DNA of 64,000 bases. It comes from Candidatus Heimdallarchaeota archaeon (GTDB lineage Archaea > Asgardarchaeota > Heimdallarchaeia > JABLTI01). A program made the translations under genes and the position numbers. Positions within the stretch are counted from its first letter, which is position 1. Each line of letters starts with the position of its first letter. Shown piece after piece: positions 9,651 to 18,258 of the stretch. The notes under the pieces were generated by a model. That model worked only from the letters and a program-made list of their open reading frames with translations, searched no databases and was not told the origin of the DNA. The stretch spans positions 1-64,000 of the forward strand of contig JABCTZ010000011.1 of assembly GCA_018238155.1 (NCBI GenBank), written 5' to 3'.

Positions 9651-10415
9651 TTATTGAAAATGGTAGTTCTTGTTTTTTATTCCTGCTCTACGATTAATTC
9701 TATGGCTACAGTTAGGACAGGTATTCCAAGATGACTGCAAATCAAAACCACATTCAGAACAGAAGGGTTGTTCACTCTCTTGATGGGATCCGCGTCTACT
9801 ATGGTCTGAAAACATATCATCTCGAGAGAACGATTTCTCTTCTAATGAATCATTACGATAAAGAGAATCTTCAAATTGTTTAGTTTCGGGTTCTGAAAAC
9901 AAATCAGGCTCATCAAATAATCCTCTAATCTCGTCAACAGGTTCATCAAATAACCCAGGAGTATTCGAAACATTTCCTTCAAATAAATCATGATTATTTG
10001 GTTTAATGAAATCTCTTCTAGGATTTTCTTTTCTCATCTGTAAATCTTCTTGTTCATGATTACCTCCAAAGATATCGGAGGAGGGTTCATGCTCAGTACG
10101 ATTTTCTTGATGGTAATCTTCTCGAACATTTTGAGTTTTTTGCAATTTGAGAAAGTCAACTAAAGCTACACGTTTTTCACATGTACTTGCTAAGGGGCAC
10201 TTGTTTTCATCAAAACTTGAAATAGATGTTATCTGCTCACCATCAATTGATAATCCATCTCTATTAAGATGAATACGTAAACCTTGTCTACGCATAGCAT
10301 TAATAAGATCATTAACTGAAAAAATTTGACCATTAAGAACAAAAATGCCATCCGGACTATTAGTATCATTATTAATCAAAGGTTCTACCTCTATAGTATA
10401 GAAGAGATAAATCAC
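9651..10415 (-). CDS. Hypothetical protein, acidic disordered middle, C-terminal double Zn ribbon
   Basis: CSECG...CPNC at C-terminus; repeated (D/G)LF(D/E/S) motifs. Confidence 0.65.
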   Translation of the reverse strand: MIYLFYTIEVEPLINNDTNSPDGIFVLNGQIFSVNDLINAMRRQGLRIHLNRDGLSIDGEQITSISSFDENKCPLASTCEKRVALVDFLKLQKTQNVREDYHQENRTEHEPSSDIFGGNHEQEDLQMRKENPRRDFIKPNNHDLFEGNVSNTPGLFDEPVDEIRGLFDEPDLFSEPETKQFEDSLYRNDSLEEKSFSRDDMFSDHSRRGSHQESEQPFCSECGFDLQSSWNTCPNCSHRINRRAGIKNKNYHFQ

Positions 10416-10585
10416 TTCATAAAAACGCGGTATTTCTAGATGTTATCTTAATAGTATTTTAGCAATCTAAAGTAAATAAAACCACTTTTTTGAAAAAAGT
10501 CTATGTAATTCCACTAATTTCTTTTTTAACTATATACAAAACATTAAAAAGATGATTTGGTAGCAAAATTACTTGTCCTCTATAT

Positions 10586-10671
10586 GCGGGGGTAGCCAAG
10601 TGGTCAAAGGTGCTACGTTGAGGTCGTAGTCTCGTAGGAGTTCGCGCGTTCAAGTCGCGTCCCCCGCACCA
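10586..10671 (+). tRNA. tRNA-Leu(GAG), CCA encoded
   Basis: GCGGGGG acceptor, CTACG-TTGAGGT-CGTAG anticodon arm, long variable arm. Confidence 0.95.
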
Positions 10672-10752
10672 ATTTAATTTTCTTAATTTTTTTTTGTAAT
10701 CTCAAAATCATTAACTAAAGATAAAAAAAATAAAAAGAATAAGAAGAAAAGA

Positions 10753-11475
10753 TTATTTTCTTCCTCTTTTACGACCAGATTGCTTTGCAGCAATTAACCC
10801 TACTTTTGCACCAGGAGGGGCATTTCTTGAGACAGTGCGAGTACCACTACCACCACCATGAGGGTGACTAGCAGCATTCATTGTATTACCTCTGACTCGT
10901 GGGTATTTGTGACCCTTTGCTCTAAAGAGATGGTGTTTTGCTCCTGCTTTAAGGAATGGTTTCTCAGTTCGTCCACCACCTGCAACAATACCTATAGTTG
11001 CTCGAGAGCGTGGATTAAACTGTTTCAACTCACCACTGGGCATTTGGCAGAAAACTTTCTTGCGACTATGTGATACAACGGTAGCAAAGCCACCAGAGGA
11101 TCGAACCATAGCTCCGCCATCACCTGGACGCAATTCAATATTATGAATGTATGTTCCGACTGGAATGTTCTTCAAAGGTTTGGTTGTACCGATTTTTATC
11201 GGCGCAATAGGACCTTGAAAGATTTTTTGACCTACTTGGATGCCTTCTGGAGCAAGAAGGAGATGTAATTTACTATTAGCATCTCTTACCCGCATAATGG
11301 GGGCACCTCTACCAGGATCATGTAACAGTTCGATTACTTCCATATCACGAAGGATTCTTTTGTAATCGTTTGCGTGTAATTGTGGGTATCTAACTGCGCC
11401 TTTGCGTTTGTGTGTGTTTGCACTAAATATGGAGCCACCACGGCCCTTTCTTTGTGCTAATATTCGTTTTCCCAT
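10753..11475 (-). CDS. rpl2: 50S ribosomal protein uL2
   Basis: MGKRILAQRKGRG, HDPGRGAP, MNAASHPHGGG. Confidence 0.98.
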   Translation of the reverse strand: MGKRILAQRKGRGGSIFSANTHKRKGAVRYPQLHANDYKRILRDMEVIELLHDPGRGAPIMRVRDANSKLHLLLAPEGIQVGQKIFQGPIAPIKIGTTKPLKNIPVGTYIHNIELRPGDGGAMVRSSGGFATVVSHSRKKVFCQMPSGELKQFNPRSRATIGIVAGGGRTEKPFLKAGAKHHLFRAKGHKYPRVRGNTMNAASHPHGGGSGTRTVSRNAPPGAKVGLIAAKQSGRKRGRK

Positions 11476-11490
11476 TTTTTAGCCTCCAAA

Positions 11491-11763
11491 TTACATTAAT
11501 CCTAGAGCTGTAGCAAGATCAACAGCATTGTATGTTTCATGTAAACGAACAATGGCTTTTTTCTTGCCCTTTGGAGTGATCATTGTATTTATTTTTACAA
11601 TTTTCACATTGTAGAGTTTTTCAATGGCGCGTTTTATTGTTTGTTTATTTGCTGTGCGCTTAACAATAAAAGCAAGCTTATTTTGACTCTCAATTAGCTC
11701 GAAAATTCTTTCGCTACTAAAAGGGGAAATAATTATCGAGTATAAGTTTTCTTCAAGACTCAT
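11491..11763 (-). CDS. rpl23: 50S ribosomal protein uL23
   Basis: ANKQTIKRAIEKLYNVKIVKINT...KKAIVRL. Confidence 0.97.
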   Translation of the reverse strand: MSLEENLYSIIISPFSSERIFELIESQNKLAFIVKRTANKQTIKRAIEKLYNVKIVKINTMITPKGKKKAIVRLHETYNAVDLATALGLM

Positions 11764-11778
11764 TTGTGTTCAAATCTC

Positions 11779-12609
11779 CTATTTTGTAGCTGTTGTCTTC
11801 TTGGTTTTAGATGCAGTGACTTTTTTACTAGGATAGGTTGTATTGATAATATCAATAGTTTTTTCCATCCAGATAGTTAATCTGCCTGCATGAGTACCTG
11901 GTGCGAGCATTTCAGCATTCAAGTACTTTACATTAACAATTTCAACACCAGAAAGGTTTCTTATTGAGTTACAGAAGTTCGATTCTCTGTCAACAACAAA
12001 AAGTGGGCCAACAGGTTTCTTGTACTTGCGACCTCTACCTTTGCCTTTTCCGGCTCTGATGTGTTTTCCTTGTTTGGATCGTTCAATGTCATTAATCAAG
12101 CCTATTTTTGTAAGAAGCACTATAGCGTCTTTAGTTTTAGCAATTTTATCGTGAATTCCATCCTCAAAAATGATTGGAAGTAATTCAAAGCTATTAGCTC
12201 TATGACCGCGACCTAGGACTAAATCTTTTTTAGCTGTTGCGGCAATTGCACTACGAATTGCTAAACGACGTTCTTTCTTGTTGATATTCTCAACAATTTT
12301 CTTTTCAGCTTTAGGAGGATGAGCGACTCTACCACCAACGGTGTAATTCACTAATGCACCTCTAGATGCTGAATGTGTTCTGCTCCCATGACTTCTTGGA
12401 GTTCTAGCAGCACCTCTACCTGTGCCCCAACTTGAAGCTACAGTCCAACCTGCATGATATTTAGTTCCTTTTGGTTGTCTTTTAGTACTTTGTACAGCTA
12501 AGACAGCCCGTTTAATAAGATCAGGTCTATAGGGTGTATCAAAAACTTCAGGTAATTCTACCCTTGCTTTTTTAGCTAAACCAATTGCACCAAAGATTTT
12601 AGTTTTCAT
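11779..12609 (-). CDS. rpl4: 50S ribosomal protein uL4
   Basis: RPDLIKRAV, SWGTGRGAARTPR, LAPGTHAGRLTIW. Confidence 0.97.
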   Translation of the reverse strand: MKTKIFGAIGLAKKARVELPEVFDTPYRPDLIKRAVLAVQSTKRQPKGTKYHAGWTVASSWGTGRGAARTPRSHGSRTHSASRGALVNYTVGGRVAHPPKAEKKIVENINKKERRLAIRSAIAATAKKDLVLGRGHRANSFELLPIIFEDGIHDKIAKTKDAIVLLTKIGLINDIERSKQGKHIRAGKGKGRGRKYKKPVGPLFVVDRESNFCNSIRNLSGVEIVNVKYLNAEMLAPGTHAGRLTIWMEKTIDIINTTYPSKKVTASKTKKTTATK

Positions 12610-12623
12610 TATTTTCTTATCTC

Positions 12624-13619
12624 CTACATCTTACTGCTGAGAGAAATCTGCAAAATTTCAGGTGCAGCTACGGGTTTCTTACCCCGTATCGGACTCCTCA
12701 ATGTAATGAGTCTTTTAGGTGGTCCTTGGATACTACCTTTCATAACTACGAAATCACTTTCGACAACACCAAATCTCTTAAAACCGCCAGCAGGAGTAAT
12801 ATTATCCTCTTTAGTACCAATTTTCATAATGAGCTTATTATACTCAGTACGTTGATGGTACCCATGCTGACCTTGGTGTGCAACCGTGTACATAGTACGA
12901 GCGGGAGTCCATGGACCTAATGCTCCAGGTTTTCGTTTAACCCCTCGAGTCTTTCGAGGAAGTATCTTAATTCCAAACCTTCTAACAGGCCCTTGTATAC
13001 CTTTACCTTTTGTAACACCTATGGTATCAACAAATTCACCGATCTCGAAAACAGAATCAAATGTTACTGTTTTACCTAAAAGGGATTTAACAAACTCAAA
13101 GCCTTCCATCATATCTTTGGCGCCAACTTTTATCTCAAGGATATCAGGTGACTTACGCGGAAGTTTTGCTTGTTGTGGATTCGTCATGACAATAGCTCTC
13201 AATTCATAAATTGACCCTAGACGCTCTTGTAGGGTTTTTAGTTGTGCTTTGGCATCATATTTCTTTGGAAGAATCATTCTTCGACCAAGTTCTTCAGGAA
13301 GGTTCTTGATCATTGCTTCTCCAGCAATAGCAAGTCCTGTGGGGGTATAATGATATCCCCTGATACCAATCACCTTGAGAGGTGGGCATTCTAATATAGT
13401 TACAGGAACAATGCGTTCCTGATTGAACATTGGACTGTTCTTTCGATTTTCGATGACAGTCACATGCGTCATGCCGGCTTTGAATCCTGCGAATCCGAGG
13501 AGCTTAGGGGCTCCATCCCAATCAGGCCAAGATCGTATTTTTCCTTTCTGAGTCTTAACTCGGACTCTTCTGAAGGAGAGTGATCCCTGGTGTGGTGCGT
13601 TACTCTTACGATGACCCAT
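12624..13619 (-). CDS. rpl3: 50S ribosomal protein uL3 (start trimmed to ATG 13619)
   Basis: GFAGFKAGMTH, GVTKGKGIQGPVRRFG, GYHQRTEYNK; GGAG RBS before 13619. Confidence 0.97.
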   Translation of the reverse strand: MGHRKSNAPHQGSLSFRRVRVKTQKGKIRSWPDWDGAPKLLGFAGFKAGMTHVTVIENRKNSPMFNQERIVPVTILECPPLKVIGIRGYHYTPTGLAIAGEAMIKNLPEELGRRMILPKKYDAKAQLKTLQERLGSIYELRAIVMTNPQQAKLPRKSPDILEIKVGAKDMMEGFEFVKSLLGKTVTFDSVFEIGEFVDTIGVTKGKGIQGPVRRFGIKILPRKTRGVKRKPGALGPWTPARTMYTVAHQGQHGYHQRTEYNKLIMKIGTKEDNITPAGGFKRFGVVESDFVVMKGSIQGPPKRLITLRSPIRGKKPVAAPEILQISLSSKM

Positions 13620-13745
13620 GATAATTTTCTCCAATCGAACTTTTACGATTGACTTTTTCAAAGCCTAAAGTTTAAAGTCTTAAAAGACCAAACTTTAACC
13701 ACTGGAAACTTGGGTAATCTCACCCTCAATTGCCAGTGGAACGAA
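13620..13745 (-). promoter_or_regulatory. Structured 5' leader of rpl3 operon (three hairpins)
   Basis: Inverted repeats 13699-13739, 13667-13696, 13632-13651; TTAAAATA box about 25 nt upstream. Confidence 0.55.
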
Positions 13746-13864
13746 AAACGATTTTTACTCTTATTTTAACTTTGTCATCAATTGTAACAATAAATTCCTT
13801 ATAAATAGAAAAGGAACGATATTCTTTTACAATTCAAGCTATTAAATCTTAATTTCAATCGCAT

Positions 13865-14311
13865 TCATAAACTACCCAGAGATTGCTGATTACTACCTCT
13901 ATTCATTTGATAGAAGGTTTCAGGTTGAACTTCACCTAAATCAATAAGCGCTAACATTGCCAAAGTAGATTTTGCTCCAGGTTTGTAAAGGATTTCTTTA
14001 AGCTCTGGAACAGCATTTCTATCGCGTAATTCTAAAATATGATTGAAGATTCTTCTACTTGGTAACACTAGAATGAAAATAACTGCTATCAGTAGGATAA
14101 AACCACCCATACCTCCTATCAAATAATAAAAGGGAAGAAAATCATCCATAACATGAAGAGAGGAAGTAATAATAAGAGCAAGTATAAAACTGCTCCCCAT
14201 TACGGTCATCATAATCTTCATACCAAAGTAGGCTCGAACATAGCGCATACCATAAAGCTCAAGATATCTGATACCTGGGTCTGTTAAAAGCTCTTTAGAG
14301 GGACGAAACAT
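13865..14311 (-). CDS. Hypothetical membrane protein (2 TM)
   Basis: Two hydrophobic helices; GGAG RBS. Confidence 0.65.
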   Translation of the reverse strand: MFRPSKELLTDPGIRYLELYGMRYVRAYFGMKIMMTVMGSSFILALIITSSLHVMDDFLPFYYLIGGMGGFILLIAVIFILVLPSRRIFNHILELRDRNAVPELKEILYKPGAKSTLAMLALIDLGEVQPETFYQMNRGSNQQSLGSL

Positions 14312-14473
14312 AATAATAACTCCATCAATATTTTCTAATACAATGCCATTACATAAATATTGGCTTCAAGGAATACTAAGTATTTTTGTAAGAATCAAAA
14401 AAACGCAATGGAAAGTTTTTTAAAAGAAATTCAGAGAAAAAAAACCATACCAATAATAGGTAGGAAAACTAAA

Positions 14474-14788
14474 ATGACAGCGCATCGCGCAAGAATAAGA
14501 CTAAGCGGCCAAAATACTGATTCCTTGGCAAATGTTTGCAATCAAGTAAAAAGAATTGCTGAAAGAACAGGCGTTCGAATGAAAGGACCAATACCTCTCC
14601 CAACAAAAGTAATAACCGTACCAGTAAGAAAATCACCATGTGGAAATGGTACACAAACTTTTGAGCATTATGAAATGCGCATCCATAAAAGATTAATTGA
14701 TATCGATGCAGAAGAGAGAACTCTCAAACAAATTATGAGAGTAAAAATGCCAGATGACATTCACGTCGAAATAGAACTTTCACGATAA
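14474..14788 (+). CDS. rps10: 30S ribosomal protein uS10 (start trimmed to ATG 14474)
   Basis: GPIPLPT...[26 protein letters not shown]. Confidence 0.97.
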   Translation: MTAHRARIRLSGQNTDSLANVCNQVKRIAERTGVRMKGPIPLPTKVITVPVRKSPCGNGTQTFEHYEMRIHKRLIDIDAEERTLKQIMRVKMPDDIHVEIELSR

Positions 14789-14972
14789 AGATATTCTGCT
14801 GAATAATCAAATAGCAGACTCTGTTCAAGCAAAAAAACAAGTGAAATTCGGTCTGGAAAACCTTCACTTGAAATACTTCTCCTTTTAGGTGTAACAAGAT
14901 TCCAAAAAACATTCATTCCCATAATTTATAAAAAATAATCGTTTTTTCATTAGTATTAAATAGAAAAATAGA

Positions 14973-15088
14973 TGCCGAAGAGGGGATTTGAACCCCCGAG
15001 CGTTTGCACGCAGTGGTTGACTCGAGAGAAAAGGTTCTCGACCTATGGTTTTCGAGACCACCGCCATACCGGGCTAGGCTACCTCGGC
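14973..15088 (-). tRNA. tRNA-Ser(CGA) with 32-nt intron at 37/38 (15019-15050)
   Basis: GCCGAGG acceptor, GTGGT-CTCGAA|intron|A-ACCAC, CTCG/CGAG central helix, long variable arm. Confidence 0.9.
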
Positions 15089-15251
15089 AGATTACTTCAA
15101 TTACTAAAGAATGCTAAACTAGAGTTCTCTTAAATAGTTTTGTAACTTTGCAAAATAGCTTTGTTAACATTAATATTTTATTCTACACAAAACTTTTTAA
15201 CAGAATAAAAAACAAAAAGTAATAACTGAGATGCTGTTGACATAATCTATT

Positions 15252-15387
15252 GCGGAGGTAGCCCAGCTAGGTCAACGGCGAAGGACTTAAGATCCCCGAT
15301 CATGTAGATCGAGTAAAACCTCAGGGCCAGATGGAATAGGAAATCCTTTCCTGTAGAGGTTCGTGTGTTCGAATCGCACTCTCCGCA
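15252..15387 (+). tRNA. tRNA-Leu(UAA) with 51-nt intron at 37/38 (15292-15342)
   Basis: GCGGAGG acceptor, AAGGA-CTTAAG|intron|A-TCCTT, CTTA/TAGG BHB helix. Confidence 0.92.
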
Positions 15388-15714
15388 TCATTTCTTTCCC
15401 CACCCAAGCTGTTTTTGTCTTTGGCTTTTTCTCCCTTGTGTTGCTTACTCTTTTGCTGGTCTTTTCCGTTATTTTTCCGTCCCTTTTCTCTCTGTCTCCA
15501 ACCCTTTTTTCGTCCTTTTTTTCTTCTGGTTGCTAACCTCTCCCTCTTTCTTTTCTTCTCTGTCGTTTTTTCTGTTCTTCTTTTCCCTTTTCCTTCTGGT
15601 TGCCTACTTTTCGTTCTTGGTTGGAGACTCCTTGGTAGTTTTTATATTTCTTTTTCTACTTCTTCTTGGTGAATATTCTGTCCTCTTCCTTCTCAATCTA
15701 AATGGTTTGACTCT

Positions 15715-16587
15715 TTGACCCACAGTATTCCTTCCTTTGAATTCTATCCTAAACGTTTTCTCTCTTCCGAGGAGAAGGAGTTCGTTCTCTGGTTGCAGTC
15801 TTTTCGTATTCACGATCATTATCAGCTCATTTCCGGCTTTGCTCTTGCTTCCAAGGTCAAGGAGCTTTGGTCTTGGCTTCTTGATGGTGTCAGCGTTTCC
15901 ACTCTTCAGAAGCATCTTGTCCGTTTGACCGCTTCCTCTTCCCGTCATAACAAGAGTTATCTTAATCGTGAGTTTCGTTTGAGCAATGGTCGCCCTTTTG
16001 GTCTTTGGTTGTTTCGCAAAGGTCTTATCCGTGGCTATTCCCTTCCTCAAGCTGGTGTTCGCCGTATCGTTCATTATGGTTATCCTGTTAATCGCTATCC
16101 TTTGGTTATGAAAAATTTCGTTTCCCCTTTTCCCCCTCACAATTTTTTCGCTTCCCTCTGCTCTTCCTCTCTTCAGTCTGACCTTGGTTCCAATGTCCTT
16201 CGTAAGGTCGATCCTCATAAATATTCTATTCCCCATAGTGATGGTTCTGGTCACTATGTCGTTGACAATTGCTATGCTTTTCATTATCGCGGTCGTGAGC
16301 ACTATCTTTGGCAAGAAGTCCATACTGGTACCGAAGGTTATGATTCGAAAATTTTTTTGAAACACCTCATTACCATGGAGCATTATCTCAATTCCACTCA
16401 GAACGGTTTCTATGTTGTCTTTCTCCCCTTCGTCCGCGACCTTACCCTCCGTGCTGAACCCGCTATTTCCCGCCTTTCCTCTCTCTCTCCTTCTACAAGT
16501 CCTCTTCGTCGTTGTTTCGTCATTCCCTATACTCATATTCCCCTTTTCAAAGAACGCTTAGGTTTTTATCGTCATCAGACACGATAA
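15715..16587 (+). CDS. Replication-relaxation (Replic_Relax/MOBC-like) PD-(D/E)xK protein with N-terminal wHTH
   Basis: PHNF...VVDNCY...LWQEVHTGTE...FLKHL resembles the H...pD...lEvDrgTE...K motif; coherent T/C third-position bias. Confidence 0.55.
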   Translation: MTHSIPSFEFYPKRFLSSEEKEFVLWLQSFRIHDHYQLISGFALASKVKELWSWLLDGVSVSTLQKHLVRLTASSSRHNKSYLNREFRLSNGRPFGLWLFRKGLIRGYSLPQAGVRRIVHYGYPVNRYPLVMKNFVSPFPPHNFFASLCSSSLQSDLGSNVLRKVDPHKYSIPHSDGSGHYVVDNCYAFHYRGREHYLWQEVHTGTEGYDSKIFLKHLITMEHYLNSTQNGFYVVFLPFVRDLTLRAEPAISRLSSLSPSTSPLRRCFVIPYTHIPLFKERLGFYRHQTR

Positions 16588-16597
16588 TATTTGAGCA

Positions 16598-16873
16598 TTA
16601 TTTCTTTCCTCGTATGAACTCGTATGCTTGTTGTATCATCTCTGCATTAATGGTCTTCTTTTTTGAAAAATAGCATAGTTTGTCTGCCACTTTTGTTATC
16701 TCTTCCGCGAACTCATAGATGATGTTTTTCAACTGTAGTGCAGCATCACTTGCTACATACTTTTCCTTTGCATGGATCTTTATTATCCACTTGAACGGTG
16801 CGAGCGGAAAATTGGGATCATCGTCTTTCTTCTTTATAGCATTTAATAACTCAAGTGAAATTATATCAGTCAT
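16598..16873 (-). CDS. Divergent archaeal histone-fold protein
   Basis: FPLAPFKWIIK...VASDAA..L...AEEITKVA...KKKTINAEMIQQA aligns to HMf/CBFD-NFYB pattern. Confidence 0.8.
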   Translation of the reverse strand: MTDIISLELLNAIKKKDDDPNFPLAPFKWIIKIHAKEKYVASDAALQLKNIIYEFAEEITKVADKLCYFSKKKTINAEMIQQAYEFIRGKK

Positions 16874-17245
16874 CTTTCTAACACAAAAGATAGTTTAGAA
16901 GTTAGATTAAAAAGTCAACATAAAAGAAGAATTCTCGAGACGAAAAAGGAGAAAATCGAGAAGAACAAAGAAATGCGTGCTCTCACAAACAATGCGAGGC
17001 ACAGTTCTATGCCAGAGGCAAAACTGTGTAGGCTCAAATTATTTTATCTCTTGACCTGACCTATCAAGTTTTTAATTTGTTTAAAGAAAAAGCTACAATG
17101 ATGTTTAAACAGACAGCTATAAAATACTTCAAAAATGAATATGAAATTGCTAAGAAAGAGTATGGATTTTCCATTTGATTTATTTGAATTCCAAATAATA
17201 ATTATTGACTTTTACCAAAACCTTTTGGAGAAAAAAAGGGGGAAA

Positions 17246-18133
17246 TTATTGAAGAAGCGTTTCTTCAATACCCTTTACCGAATGAGCAATGTGTTTGAGA
17301 GAGATGATCAGTTCTTGTGCAGTATCGCTGATCCTTTTAAGACATGCAAGTAACTTCTCTCGGTTGCCTTCATGAAGAGCGATATAATTGGGGGAGTTGA
17401 GTTTATAGCCAAAGTGATCAAGGACAACATAAGCGACTGCTTCTGCTTCCAGCTCGTTGATCTTTCTCCGGTCAGCGGTTCGCAATTCCTTGGGATGCAT
17501 TAGTTCGTGAGCAAACTCATGAGCCAATGTAGATGCTTGTCCGAGGGGAGTCATCCCTTCTTTCAGCTCTATTGTCCCTAAACCGCTTGTCCCCTGTGCA
17601 GTGAGTTCTTTAGTCACTACCGTAGTGTTGCATTGGTCGGCGTATACATTAAAATAAGCTATTAATTCTTGTCCACCATCGCCTTTATTGATCCATACAG
17701 GTTCTTCCGGAAGTGGTTCACCATCGGTCTGTTTTATGTCGAAGACATAGACCGCTCGGAAATAGATCCCTTTTTCGGTGACTTCCTCGCCTGTTCGGTC
17801 ATCGAGACGTTTCTTCTCGTATGTGCATGGTGCTAAGATAGCAATTCCTTTCTCACCTTTTCTTACGAATCGGTTGAGTTTTTTCCACTTGTTGATTCTG
17901 ACAACTTTTTGAGGGGTGTATCCAGCAACAAGGGAAGCGTTCGGTTGCTGACATAGGATTAACAGAATATTGTTGTAGGAGTATTTGTGGAACTTGGACA
18001 TCAATTGGAGATGTTTTTGCATTTCCTCTGATATACGAGCTTTTTCAGTCTGGTTGGCAAGTTCGTCGATAGCGTCTGTTATTTGCTCTTTGAGATCAGC
18101 TTGTTTTTGGGTCCAATCTTTTTTTGCAGTTAT
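17246..18133 (-). CDS. ArdC-like ssDNA-binding/antirestriction protein with zincin domain; probable ATA start at 18133
   Basis: YSYNNILLI..Q...VAGY..W...R.VRKGEKG, VFDIKQT, HEFAHE, ELEAEAVA; frame open up to an AAGGAGGT RBS. Confidence 0.85.
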   Translation of the reverse strand: MTAKKDWTQKQADLKEQITDAIDELANQTEKARISEEMQKHLQLMSKFHKYSYNNILLILCQQPNASLVAGYTPQKVVRINKWKKLNRFVRKGEKGIAILAPCTYEKKRLDDRTGEEVTEKGIYFRAVYVFDIKQTDGEPLPEEPVWINKGDGGQELIAYFNVYADQCNTTVVTKELTAQGTSGLGTIELKEGMTPLGQASTLAHEFAHELMHPKELRTADRRKINELEAEAVAYVVLDHFGYKLNSPNYIALHEGNREKLLACLKRISDTAQELIISLKHIAHSVKGIEETLLQ

Positions 18134-18258
18134 CGGATAGACCTCCTTAGGTTTTGGTTTATAAAGTCAATAATTAACAAGAAGTGAGAAGGGGAATATA
18201 AAAAGACAGAGAAGCGAAAAAGATATACACTGTGAAAGAAATAACAGATAATGTTTAA

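Noticed and set aside
14885-15067. 60-aa ORF (also 41155..41370)
   Set aside because: Overlap tRNA genes
15365-15718. Phe/Leu/Ser-rich ORFs (15365..15718, 15415..15672) that look like membrane proteins
   Set aside because: Stop codons need A, so this A-free tract is open by default; one ORF starts inside the tRNA
15604-16536. 310-aa antisense ORF over the relaxase-like gene
   Set aside because: A by-product of the sense gene avoiding A-ending codons (no in-frame TTA/CTA/TCA); no motifs
15388-16590. Diversity-generating retroelement as cause of the adenine loss
   Set aside because: No reverse transcriptase and no TR/VR repeat pair found in the window
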